This document shows positions 51,554 to 60,964 of a stretch of 64,000 nt of DNA, one piece after another (position 1 is the first letter of the stretch; every line of letters begins with the position of its first letter). Source of the stretch: Vicinamibacteria bacterium. GTDB lineage: Bacteria; Acidobacteriota; Vicinamibacteria; Vicinamibacterales; JAENWD01. The stretch covers positions 240,821-304,820 of the forward strand of contig CAVOPA010000009.1 in NCBI GenBank assembly GCA_963697705.1. Reading direction: 5' to 3'. Both the position numbers and the translations under genes were made by a program. Below the pieces are notes generated by a model. The model searched no databases. It saw only the letters and a list, made by a program, of their open reading frames with translations, and was not told the DNA's origin.

Positions 51554-51592
51554 TACACTGTAGCAAGCACACTGTATGACACACACTGTATG
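51554..51592. promoter_or_regulatory. Three direct ACACTGTA repeats at a 14-bp period (51555, 51569, 51583); candidate PadR operator
   Basis: Read directly from the sequence. The first copy is the 9-bp palindrome TACACTGTA. The repeats lie 34-70 nt upstream of the preferred padR start. Confidence 0.4.
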
Positions 51593-52200
51593 TTGTCAAC
51601 TATTTTTCGCGACCGCTCGAAGTGCTGAGGATCGCGACGTTCAACGCAGCGCGCGCGCTAGGGCGCGACGACGAATTCGGCTCGATGCGTCCGGCCTGCG
51701 CGCCGATCTCGTCCTGTTGTCTCGAAGAATCCGATCGATCGATCGACAACACACGTCGATTGAGGCAGTGATTCAGAATGGCGCGATCGTCAGCCGGCAG
51801 GATTGAGTAGCGGCTGAATAAGGACACGCGTGGCTCCTGCGCCTTCCGGCTGACTCCGGGAACACTCTCGTGCAATCGCCCGCGTCGGACGGGGACCGAG
51901 AGTCGTGCGATCAGGCCGATGGCGGAACTGGTGTAGGATTCCGCGGCGCGCATTCGGTTCACGTCGCAGATCCGACCGTCGCCGACAGGCCTTTCTCTCT
52001 GCGAAGCCGGTTGCGTGGCGGGCCACCGTGCAGGGAATCCGGAACGAGCAATCACGCTCGAACCCGGGTAGACTTTCGGCAGCCGAAATGCCTCATGCCT
52101 GTCGCGTTGGATTGGCGCTCTCCCGGTCCGGCTGCGTTCCATATTCCGCCGGTCACGCGCCGAGCAGGATCTCGACGACGAGCTGGCGTTCCACCTCGCG

Positions 52201-54831
52201 ATGCAGGCCCGCGCTGCTCGCGACGCGGGCGCGAGTGAGACCGACGCCATGCGCCGCGCGCGGCTGAATCTCGGAGGCGTGCTGCAAACGCGGGAACGCT
52301 GCCGCGACGCGTGGCCGCTGCGGTGGGCCGAAGACCTTCTCCAGGACGCGCGGTACGCGCTGCGGGGCCTTCGACGAACGCCGGCGTTCACTTGCGTCGC
52401 CGTCACCGTGCTTGCGCTCGGCATCGGCGCCAACACGGCCCTTTTCAGCGTCATCTCTGCCGTCCTGTTGCGGCCCCTTCCGTACGCGCACGCGGACCGC
52501 CTGGTGCGAATCTGGAGCGCCATGCCGGCGCAGGGGTATCCCCGAAGCGGGTCGTCGCTGCCCGACTATCGAGCATGGCGATCGGCGAACCACTCGTTCG
52601 AGGAGATGGGCGCATCGCACAACACCATCTACAACCTGACCGGCGCCGAGCGACCCGAGCGGCTGCTCGCGTCCCGCATGACCGCGAGCATGTGGCGGGT
52701 GCTGAGGCCGGAGCCGCTGCTCGGCACGGTGTTCTCCAGCGACGCCGAGCAGTGGGGGCGGCACCGGGTCGCCGTCCTGAGCGAGGGGCTGTGGACACGC
52801 CGTTTCGGTCGGGACGCCTCCATCCTCGGCCGAACCCTTCACCTGAACCGAGAGCCGTTTACCGTCATCGGCATCCTGCCACGCGCGTTTCAATACCCGA
52901 GTGGGGGAGCGACCGAATTGTGGACGCCGGTGTCGTATGCGCCCGGCGACGCGATGGACACCCGGTCGAATCACTTCGTCGACATGATCGGCCGTCTGAA
53001 GCCGGACGTGGCGGTTGCGCAAGCACAGGCCGATCTGGCGGTGATCGCCGCGCAGCTGAGAAGGCAGTTTCCGGAAAACGCCGGCGTGGCCGTCACGATG
53101 CGCAGTTGGCGCGATGACATCGTCGGCGACGTTCGTCCCATGCTGCTGCTGATGTGGGGCGCGGTCGCTGCCGTCCTGCTAATCGGTTGCACGAATGTCG
53201 CCAACCTGGTGCTTGCGCGGTCCATCGCGCGGCGTCAGGAGCTGACGATCCGCGTGGCGATTGGCGCCGGGCGCGGACGCCTCGCACGGCAGCTGCTGGC
53301 GGAAAACACGGTGCTGGCCTCCCTCGGCGCGATCGTGGGTGTCGGTCTCGCGTATCTGCTCGTCGACGCGCTGCGTGCGGTCGGTCCGGCCGCCATTCCC
53401 CGGCTTCAAGAGGTGACGGTGGATAGCGTCGCCGTCGCCTGGGCGGCAGCGCTGGCGGTGCTGACCGGCCTCGGATTTGGCGTGTGGCCGCTGCGTCATC
53501 TGCACCACGTCGATCTTGTGAACGACCTCAACGAGTCTGCACGGACGGCCGTGAGCGGACTGCGCCAGACCCGCCGCCGACAGGTGCTTCTGATCACGGA
53601 GATTTCGTTATCGCTCGTCCTCCTCACTGGCGCCGGGCTTCTGATTGCGAGCCTCGTCCGCCTGCAGCAGGTGGATCCCGGTTTTCGGCCCGATCACGTC
53701 CTCACGGCCAGCGTGGATCTGGCGGGCGCGCGATACGACGGTCACGAGCGGATTTCGTCGGTCGTTCGGGAACTGACCGAGCAGATCGCCGCAGTCCCCG
53801 GCATACAGGCGGCAGCCGCTGGCACGGGGATCCCGTTGGGTCACACAGGCTGGGGCAAGTTCTTCAGCATCGACGGACGTCCGACGCCGTCGTCGCTCGC
53901 GGAAATACCCAACGTCGAGTACCGCCAGGTGACCCCCGACTACTTTCGCGCCATGGGCGCGACGCTCAGCCGCGGTCGAGCCATGGGCGCGGACGACGAC
54001 GCGCGGCGGCCGCCCGTCGCGACCGTGAACGAGACGCTGGCCCGCCGGTTCTGGCCGAACGAGGATCCGCTCGGCCGGCGCGTATCGCTCGCGCCGCCCG
54101 AGCCGCTCATCGCTGCCGAACTCGCGGAGGGAATCGCCGCCGGGCAGCTGCCCGCGGGCTTCCGCGAGTTCCCCCGTTTCACGGTCGTGGGAGTCGTGCG
54201 GGACGTGCGTGAGCGCGGGCTCGACGCCGACGTCGCGCCGACCGTGTATGTCCCGTACGCGCAGGCCCTCCCGCCGAGTGAGGAGCCTTCCGGATCCTTC
54301 TTTCTCGTCGTTCGAACGGCCACCGATCCGCTCGCCTATCGAAAGCCGATCGAGGCGGTCGTGAAGCGGATCGACGCGGACCTGCCGCTCGCCGCGGTGC
54401 GAACGATGGACGACCGGCTCGCCGAGTCGCTGGCCCGTCGCCGGTTCGCCATGCTGCTGCTCGGTGCGTTCGCAGTCGTTGCGCTCGTTCTGGTCGTCGC
54501 GGGGCTGTACGGCGTGATGGCCTATGTCGTCAATCAACGGCAGCGCGAGTTCGGCGTGCGACTCGCGCTCGGCGCCACCCCCCGCGATCTGCTGGGCCAC
54601 GTGCTGTCGCAGGGCCTGCAGGTCACGGCGATCGGGATTTCCGTGGGGCTCGTGCTGGCCGGCGCGCTCTCGCGGCTCGTCGCGGGACAGCTGTTCGAGG
54701 TCAGGCCGCTCGATCCGACGATCTACGGTGCGACCGCGCTGCTGATGGCGATGGTGGCGGTGGCGGCGTGCGCGGTGCCCGCCCTGCGCGCCGCGCAGCT
54801 CGATCCCGCGACGACGCTGCGGCACGAGTGA
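52201..54831 (+). CDS. ADOP-family duplicated FtsX/MacB-like permease
   Basis: 876 aa from the first in-frame ATG. The family-typical N-terminus (LRSIFRRSRAEQDLDDELAFHL) continues upstream in frame to about 52099, with no ATG, GTG or TTG available (see findings). Confidence 0.85.
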   Translation: MQARAARDAGASETDAMRRARLNLGGVLQTRERCRDAWPLRWAEDLLQDARYALRGLRRTPAFTCVAVTVLALGIGANTALFSVISAVLLRPLPYAHADRLVRIWSAMPAQGYPRSGSSLPDYRAWRSANHSFEEMGASHNTIYNLTGAERPERLLASRMTASMWRVLRPEPLLGTVFSSDAEQWGRHRVAVLSEGLWTRRFGRDASILGRTLHLNREPFTVIGILPRAFQYPSGGATELWTPVSYAPGDAMDTRSNHFVDMIGRLKPDVAVAQAQADLAVIAAQLRRQFPENAGVAVTMRSWRDDIVGDVRPMLLLMWGAVAAVLLIGCTNVANLVLARSIARRQELTIRVAIGAGRGRLARQLLAENTVLASLGAIVGVGLAYLLVDALRAVGPAAIPRLQEVTVDSVAVAWAAALAVLTGLGFGVWPLRHLHHVDLVNDLNESARTAVSGLRQTRRRQVLLITEISLSLVLLTGAGLLIASLVRLQQVDPGFRPDHVLTASVDLAGARYDGHERISSVVRELTEQIAAVPGIQAAAAGTGIPLGHTGWGKFFSIDGRPTPSSLAEIPNVEYRQVTPDYFRAMGATLSRGRAMGADDDARRPPVATVNETLARRFWPNEDPLGRRVSLAPPEPLIAAELAEGIAAGQLPAGFREFPRFTVVGVVRDVRERGLDADVAPTVYVPYAQALPPSEEPSGSFFLVVRTATDPLAYRKPIEAVVKRIDADLPLAAVRTMDDRLAESLARRRFAMLLLGAFAVVALVLVVAGLYGVMAYVVNQRQREFGVRLALGATPRDLLGHVLSQGLQVTAIGISVGLVLAGALSRLVAGQLFEVRPLDPTIYGATALLMAMVAVAACAVPALRAAQLDPATTLRHE

Positions 54832-54920
54832 AGGCCGGCCGCCAGGCTGAAGCGCCTGGGATGCGCCTCCGAAAGCCCCACCTCCACGCTTCTCGGGCTC
54901 GCTCTCCTTCCGTTTGACGG

Positions 54921-54964
54921 TCGAAAGGAACTTGGCTATTCTTCTTTCGTCTATCGAAAGGAAC
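54921..54964 (+). promoter_or_regulatory. Direct TCGAAAGGAAC repeat (54921-54931, 54954-54964) with an embedded CGAAAG/CTTTCG inverted repeat; candidate operator upstream of padR
   Basis: Read directly from the sequence. The second copy also supplies the AAGGA ribosome-binding site for the GTG at 54968. Confidence 0.3.
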
Positions 54965-54967
54965 GAT

Positions 54968-55306
54968 GTGGCCAAGGAACGAGGCGATCTGCTTCAGGGC
55001 ACGCTCGACATGCTCGTGCTGAAGTCGCTGCAGCTCGAGCCGATGCACGGCTGGGGGATCACCGAACGCATCGAGCAGTGGTCGGAGCACGTGCTTCAGC
55101 TTGGACAGGGGTCACTCTATCCCGCGCTGTACCGGCTCGAGCGGCAGGGCTGGATCCGATCAGCGTGGAGGGTGACCGAGCACAACCGCCGTGCGCGCTA
55201 TTACTCGCTGACCCGCGAGGGGCGGCGCCAGTTCGGCGACGAGATCGCGCAGTGGCGGCGGATGTCCCGCGCAGTCAACCTGGTGCTCGACGCAACCATC
55301 GAGTGA
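54968..55306 (+). CDS. PadR family transcriptional regulator (Acidobacterial ADOP-linked type)
   Basis: DLLQGTLDMLVLKSLQLEPMHGWGITERI...GSLYPALYRLERQGWI. GTG at 54968 is preferred; the track ORF starts at a TTG at 54914. Confidence 0.85.
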   Translation: MAKERGDLLQGTLDMLVLKSLQLEPMHGWGITERIEQWSEHVLQLGQGSLYPALYRLERQGWIRSAWRVTEHNRRARYYSLTREGRRQFGDEIAQWRRMSRAVNLVLDATIE

Positions 55307-55322
55307 CGAGGTCGGAGGCTGT

Positions 55323-58034
55323 ATGAAGTGGGTGACAGAGGCCTGGCGTCGGATGAGTGCGCTGATGCGGCTTGGCGCTCTCGAACGCGGGCTCGACGAA
55401 GAGATCCGCTTTCATCTCGATCAGCAGACCGAGAAGAATCGTCGCGCCGGCATGCCGGCCGACGAGGCGCGGCGGCAGGCGCTCCTCAAGTTCGGCGCCA
55501 TCGATCGGACGAGAGAGGGTACGCGCGATCAGTTTCGTCCGGTTGCCTTCGACGACCTTTTTCGCGACCTGAGGTACGTCGTCCGCGCGCTGCGGCGGGC
55601 GCCAGCCTTCACCGCGACGGCTCTCATCACCCTCGCGCTGGGGATTGGTGCGACGACGGCGGTCTTCAGCGTCGTCTATGCGGTGCTGATCAAGCCGCTC
55701 CCCTATCCGCGCGCTGACCAGCTCGTGAGCCTCGAGCACACGAGGATGGGCGGCGACGTGTCGGGCGGTCATGTCCAGGAACTGTCGGCATCGATCTACT
55801 TCACGTACCTGGACGGGAACCGGACGTTTCAGACGCTGGGCCTGTGGTCCACCGGTACCGCCAGCGTCACGGGCTCCGGCGACCCGCAAGAAGTCCGGAC
55901 CCTGAGGGTGAGCGATGGCACGCTTCAGACGCTCGGCGTACAGCCGATGCTTGGCCGGTGGTTCTCGAAGGACGAGATGAGCGACGAGATCAGGACCGGG
56001 CCAGGCGACGCGGTCATGCTCGCCTTCGGCTACTGGCAGCGGCGGTGCGGCGGCGATAGCGGGATTGTCGGTCGTCGCGTGACGGTGAACGCGCGACCAC
56101 GGAGGATCGTCGGGGTGATGCCTGCCCGGTTCCGGTTCCTGGATCACGACGTGGACCTCATCCTGCCGGATCAGCCCGATCGCGCGAAGGTGCACCTCGG
56201 CGGCTTCGTCTATCACGGTATCGGGAGACTGCGGCCTGGCGTCACGCTGGCGCAGGCCAACGCGGATGCCACGCGCCTGATCCCCGTCTGGCTGAACGGA
56301 TGGCCCTCGCCTCCGGGCCTCGACCGGCAGCTGTGGGCGCGGATGCGCATGAGCCCCGCGCTGGTGCCGCTGTCGCAGTCCGTCGTCGGCACCGTCGGCG
56401 ACGTCCTGTGGGTCCTGCTCGCGACGATTGGACTGGTGCTCCTGATCGCGTGCGCCAACGTGACCAATCTGCTGCTGATCCGCACCGAAGGACGTCAGCA
56501 CGAGCTCGCGATTCGCGCCGCGTTGGGTGCCGGCCGGCGCCGCATCGCGCGCGAGTGTCTCGTCGAAAGCCTCGTCCTGGCACTCGCCGGCGGCTCCCTG
56601 GGGCTTGGGCTCGCGTTCGCCGCGCTGCGGCTCCTCGTGCTGATCGGGCCGGAGTCGCTGCCACGGCTCCGCGACATCGCCATCGATCCCACGGTCGTCG
56701 GGTTCACCGTGATCGTCTCGATTGCGTCCGGACTCCTGTTCGGCATCATTCCCGTCTTCAGGCAGGGCGCGTCGCAGGTCAGTCTTGCACTGAAGGGCGG
56801 CGGCCGCGGTGCCAGCAGCAGCCGCGAGCGGCACCGGACGCGGAACACGCTCGTCGTCCTGCAGGTCGCGCTCGCGCTGGTCCTGCTGGTTGCCTCGGGC
56901 CTGATGGTGCGGACCTTCATAGCCCTCCGTGCCGTTGAGCCCGGGTTCACCGCGCCTGAGCAAGTCCAGTTGGTGCGCGTCGCGATCCCGGAGACGCTCA
57001 TCGCAGACCCGGAGCGCGTCCTAGGTGAGCAGGCCGCCATGCGGGATCGGCTCCGAGCAATCCCTGGAGTTACCGCCGCCTCCTTCGCCGACGCCGCGCC
57101 GCTCGAGGGCGGGGCCGCCGAGATCACGTTCGCCGAACATGCGCCTTCCGGCGACACGGGTACCGCACCGATTAGGCGCCTCAAGCTCGTGGCGCCAGGG
57201 TTCCTCGGCGCTGTGGGGACGCCGATCGTGACCGGCCGCGACCTCACGTGGGACGACATCCATCAACACCGGCCGGTCGTGATGGTGTCGGACAGTTTTG
57301 CGCGTGAATACTGGCGGACGGCCGAAGCCGCGATCGGCCGGCGCATCCGTGAAAACCCGACCAGCCCATGGCGGGAGATCGTGGGCGTCGCCGCAGACGT
57401 CCACGATGACGGCATGCAGCTGCCGGCGCCGCCGATCGTCTATTGGCCAGTCCTGATGGAGAACTTCTGGGGCAACCCCATCAACGTTCCGCGCCGCGTC
57501 ACGTTCGTCATCCGCAGCAGTCGAACCGGCGATGCCGGGTTCCTGGACGAGATCCAGCGCGCGATCTGGACGGTCAACGGCAGCGTGCCGCTCGCGCGGG
57601 TCAGCACGCTGGGCGATCTGTACGATCGTTCCATGGCCCAGGCCTCGTTCGCGCTGGTGATGCTGGCGATTGCCGGCACCATGGCGCTCGTGCTCGGGGT
57701 CGTGGGTATCTACGGTGTCATCGGCTATGCCGTCGCCCAGCGGACACGCGAGATTGGGATTCGGGTGGCGCTCGGCGCCCCGCTCGGGGCGCTGAAGCGA
57801 ATGTTCGTGCGCCAGGGCCTCGGGCTCGCGGCTGTGGGAATCGCGTGCGGCCTGACCGCGGCCGTGGCGGCCACTCGCGTCATGGCGTTCCTCCTCTTCG
57901 GCATCAGCCCGCTCGATCCCGCAAGCTACCTCGCCGGCGCCCTCTTGCTGCTGATCGCCGCTGCGGTGGCCAGCTACGTTCCCGCCCGTCAGACCACGTC
58001 GGTCGATCCCATCGACGCGCTGCGCGCGGAGTAG
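55323..58034 (+). CDS. ADOP-family duplicated FtsX/MacB-like permease (intact)
   Basis: 903 aa. N-terminal LDEEIRFHLDQQ...FRDLRYVVRALRRAPAF, two periplasmic domains, two FtsX helix bundles, C-terminal VDPIDALRAE. Begins 16 nt after padR. Confidence 0.9.
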   Translation: MKWVTEAWRRMSALMRLGALERGLDEEIRFHLDQQTEKNRRAGMPADEARRQALLKFGAIDRTREGTRDQFRPVAFDDLFRDLRYVVRALRRAPAFTATALITLALGIGATTAVFSVVYAVLIKPLPYPRADQLVSLEHTRMGGDVSGGHVQELSASIYFTYLDGNRTFQTLGLWSTGTASVTGSGDPQEVRTLRVSDGTLQTLGVQPMLGRWFSKDEMSDEIRTGPGDAVMLAFGYWQRRCGGDSGIVGRRVTVNARPRRIVGVMPARFRFLDHDVDLILPDQPDRAKVHLGGFVYHGIGRLRPGVTLAQANADATRLIPVWLNGWPSPPGLDRQLWARMRMSPALVPLSQSVVGTVGDVLWVLLATIGLVLLIACANVTNLLLIRTEGRQHELAIRAALGAGRRRIARECLVESLVLALAGGSLGLGLAFAALRLLVLIGPESLPRLRDIAIDPTVVGFTVIVSIASGLLFGIIPVFRQGASQVSLALKGGGRGASSSRERHRTRNTLVVLQVALALVLLVASGLMVRTFIALRAVEPGFTAPEQVQLVRVAIPETLIADPERVLGEQAAMRDRLRAIPGVTAASFADAAPLEGGAAEITFAEHAPSGDTGTAPIRRLKLVAPGFLGAVGTPIVTGRDLTWDDIHQHRPVVMVSDSFAREYWRTAEAAIGRRIRENPTSPWREIVGVAADVHDDGMQLPAPPIVYWPVLMENFWGNPINVPRRVTFVIRSSRTGDAGFLDEIQRAIWTVNGSVPLARVSTLGDLYDRSMAQASFALVMLAIAGTMALVLGVVGIYGVIGYAVAQRTREIGIRVALGAPLGALKRMFVRQGLGLAAVGIACGLTAAVAATRVMAFLLFGISPLDPASYLAGALLLLIAAAVASYVPARQTTSVDPIDALRAE

Positions 58035-58089
58035 TCCGTACGGCAGCGTCCGAGGATCTGATCGACTCGTTCCTGTATGCGCGCCGCGG

Positions 58090-58857
58090 TCAGAACGGGT
58101 TCGAGAGCACGCGGCGAATCCTGTCGCCGTAAGTCCGCCCGGACTGCAGGCGCTGCCCGGACCGCAGCTCGATGACGTACTGGCCGTGCGCGAGCGACCA
58201 CAGCTGCGAGATGCGCTGGAGGTTCACGATGTGCGACCGATGGATGCGCAGGAAGCGCTCGGGATCGAGAACGCCCTCGACCGTGCTCATCGGCACGTGG
58301 AGCAGATGTGTCGTCTCGCCGATATGCAGCTGGACGTAGTTCTGGAAGGCTTCGATCCGGTCCACATCCTCAACGGGCACGAAGAGCGTCCGCTCGCCGG
58401 ACCGCACCGCGAACCGCGTGAGCCGCCGGGGCGGGCTCGCGATCGCTTCGAGCATCGCGACGACCTGGCGCGCCGTCTCGCCGTGCGGCGGCATCCGGAT
58501 CCGGCTGGACGCCCGCTCGAATGCGAGGGCGAAGCGTTCCTCGGTGACCGGCTTGAGCAGGTAGTCGAGCGCGGCGATCTCGAACGCGCGGATCGCATAC
58601 TGGTCGTGGCCGGTCACGAAGATCACCGCGGGCATGCGCTCCGGTCCGACCGCATGCACGACGGCGAACCCGTCCATCCGCGGCATCTGCACGTCGAGCA
58701 GCACCAGATCGGGCGGGCGCTCGCGGATGATCGCGATCGCCTCCCGCCCGTTTCGCGCTTCCGACACGGACTCGATACCTGCCTGGCGGCCGAGCAGCCG
58801 CTTCAACCCCTCGCGCGCCAGCGGCTCGTCGTCCACGACGAGCACTTTCACTCGCAT
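58090..58857 (-). CDS. LytTR-family response regulator
   Basis: Receiver domain (VLVVDDEPLAREGL...LLDVQMPRMDG) plus a LytTR domain (FLRIHRSHIVNL). Confidence 0.9.
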   Translation of the reverse strand: MRVKVLVVDDEPLAREGLKRLLGRQAGIESVSEARNGREAIAIIRERPPDLVLLDVQMPRMDGFAVVHAVGPERMPAVIFVTGHDQYAIRAFEIAALDYLLKPVTEERFALAFERASSRIRMPPHGETARQVVAMLEAIASPPRRLTRFAVRSGERTLFVPVEDVDRIEAFQNYVQLHIGETTHLLHVPMSTVEGVLDPERFLRIHRSHIVNLQRISQLWSLAHGQYVIELRSGQRLQSGRTYGDRIRRVLSNPF

Positions 58858-59981
58858 CCGGCCTCCTCAAGCATCGTCCGGAGGGGCAAGGTTATCGTCA
58901 CGCGGGCGCCGTGCGGGGCGGTGTTCTCAGCAACGAGACCAGCCCGATCGCCGTACAGTCGTCCGAGGCGGCTCCGGGTGTTGGCGAGCCCGATGCCCGA
59001 CTGCTCCAGGCGCGGCGGCTGCAAGCCAGGCCCGTCATCCGAAACGATCAGGGCGAGCGAGCCATCGCGCTCCGTCGCCCTCACGTCGATCGTGACCGCC
59101 TCTTCGCTCTGACCCAGCCCGTGACGGACCGCGTTCTCGACGATGGGTTGGAGCACCATGTGCGGCACGAGCGCGTCCGTCAGCCCAGGGTCGGCGGCGA
59201 TGTGCACCCGCAGGCGGTCTTCGAACCGAACCTCCTCGATCGACAGATAGAGGCGCAGGAACTTCAGCTCACGCCACAAGGGCACCTCCTGCGCATCCAC
59301 GTCGTCGAGCGCGAGGCGCAGCAGGTCGCCGAGCCGCGCGACCATCGCCTCGGCCTCGGTCGTCTTCTGCTGCTGGATGAGCACGATGATTGCGCCGAGC
59401 GTGTTGAACAGGAAATGCGGCTGCAGCTGCATCTTCAACGCGCTCAGGTGCGCCGCCGCCAGCTGCTGTGCGAGCTCGGACGCCTGCACCTTCAACTCGA
59501 ATGCCTCACGCTCACGAGTCTTGGAGTTCTCCTGCGACCGGTACACGGCCTGGAGCGCGATGACCGCCCAATACCGGATGACGCCCCCCTGGATGCCGTA
59601 CGAGAGCATCACTCTGATGCCGGCGACAACGGACGGAGGCGGGGACGCGGATGGAAAGACGCCGAGCCCCATCAGCAGCGGCACTTCGATGACGGTGGAC
59701 ACGATCGAGAAGACGACGCTGAAGCACAGATGGAACCCCGCGTGAGTGACGCGCCGCTCGGGCGGCCATCGGCCGCCAAGCCACAGGAGCGCCGGCGTGA
59801 GCGCGGCGCAGATGTACATGCCCGTCATCCAGCCGACGAACACGTACCTCCAGGGCACGGCCTCGCCCCGATAGAGGCGTGGCACCGAGTCCTGGGTGAT
59901 GTAGAACAGCCCGGCTACCGTCCAGGCGAGCCAGAGTCCCGCAATCTGCCCGATCCGCTCGCGCACCCGAGGTGAGATCAC
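58848..59981 (-). CDS. LytS/YehU-type sensor histidine kinase
   Basis: N-terminal TM helices, the block QPHFLFNTLGAI, and an ATPase domain. Overlaps the regulator gene by 10 nt. Confidence 0.85.
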   Translation of the reverse strand: MISPRVRERIGQIAGLWLAWTVAGLFYITQDSVPRLYRGEAVPWRYVFVGWMTGMYICAALTPALLWLGGRWPPERRVTHAGFHLCFSVVFSIVSTVIEVPLLMGLGVFPSASPPPSVVAGIRVMLSYGIQGGVIRYWAVIALQAVYRSQENSKTREREAFELKVQASELAQQLAAAHLSALKMQLQPHFLFNTLGAIIVLIQQQKTTEAEAMVARLGDLLRLALDDVDAQEVPLWRELKFLRLYLSIEEVRFEDRLRVHIAADPGLTDALVPHMVLQPIVENAVRHGLGQSEEAVTIDVRATERDGSLALIVSDDGPGLQPPRLEQSGIGLANTRSRLGRLYGDRAGLVAENTAPHGARVTITLPLRTMLEEAGCE

Positions 59982-60250
59982 GCGTTCATTCTGCCGTGGG
60001 TCGCCGTGACCAGCGCCAGCTTTTGACGAAGCGGCCGATCGCGAGGATCAACGGAGCGGACCTCCCGGCGCGCCGCTCCGGGCTCGACGCGCGCGACCCG
60101 CATCGGACCGCGAACAGTGCGGCGTTCGTCGGGCCCTCGGTCCGGTTCGGCATTCCGACAGGACAGTCTGTCAAAAACCCCTGTCGGTCCGCTCCCCGCC
60201 GTTCCAGGATCCACTCCGTGCTGCAAGCCACACGCGGTTCGGAAAGGACG

Positions 60251-60964
60251 ATGAATATGACTCGGTTGGGTGCGTTGGACCGCTATGCGACTCGTTGCGC
60301 GAATTCTGTACTCGTTGTGCCCCGCGTGGCGGTCCAGCCGCGCGTTCGCGCGGCAGAAGACACTGGCAACCAGCCTGGGGCTCGGCAGGGATGTCGATGG
60401 CCGAGCCCTTGGCTGGTTGGCGGGTGGTTGGTGATGACGGGTTCGTTGACGTGCGCGGCCGTGGCGCAGATACCGGCCGCGGACACGGCTCAGGTGCCGG
60501 GCATCGTGCCGAGCGGCTTCGGCGACGCCGTCGATCGCGATGTCACCAGAGTTCGCGACGCGACGGCTCGGCTCAATTCGACCGAGGCTGCCGAAGCGGC
60601 CGGCTACGCGCGCGTCAGCGACTGCGTCGAACATCAACCAGACGGTGCGATGGGCTACCACTTTCAGAACAACGCACTCCTCGACACGACGCTCGACGTC
60701 GACCATCCGGAAGTGCTGGTCTACGAGCGCAAGCCCGAGGGCGGGTTCAAGCTGAACGGCGTGGAGTTTCTCGTGCCGATCTCCGCCTGGACGGCCAGCG
60801 AGCCGCCGCGAATCATGGGTCAAGCCCTCAAGCGCGCAGACAGCTTAGGTATCTGGTACCTGCACGTCTGGACCTGGGAGCCCAGTCCGAGTGGGCTCTT
60901 TGCCGACTGGAATCCCCGCGTGAAGTGCGGAATCAGCGGCAGCGCCTCGGCGATGCCTCACTGA
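60251..60964 (+). CDS. Hypothetical exported or membrane-anchored protein
   Basis: GGAAAGGA lies upstream of ATG 60251/60257. A hydrophobic segment (WLVGGWLVMTGSLTCAAVA) is followed by a conserved-looking domain (GAMGYHFQN...PEVLVYE...GVEFLVP). Start is uncertain (60434 is also possible). Confidence 0.55.
   Translation: MNMTRLGALDRYATRCANSVLVVPRVAVQPRVRAAEDTGNQPGARQGCRWPSPWLVGGWLVMTGSLTCAAVAQIPAADTAQVPGIVPSGFGDAVDRDVTRVRDATARLNSTEAAEAAGYARVSDCVEHQPDGAMGYHFQNNALLDTTLDVDHPEVLVYERKPEGGFKLNGVEFLVPISAWTASEPPRIMGQALKRADSLGIWYLHVWTWEPSPSGLFADWNPRVKCGISGSASAMPH

Noticed and set aside
51600-52095. Minus-strand ORF tail (part of 51600-52523). It includes LPADDRAIL...DEIGAQAGRIEPNSSSRPSARAAL, faintly like sigma-70 region 4 or a LuxR-type HTH, and a (GATC)3 run at about 51741-51756.
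   Set aside because: Only about 60 residues look regulator-like and the spacing is too long. No region-2-like sequence or start codon was found, and the rest of the ORF is antisense to the permease. It may be a decayed fragment, but this cannot be supported.
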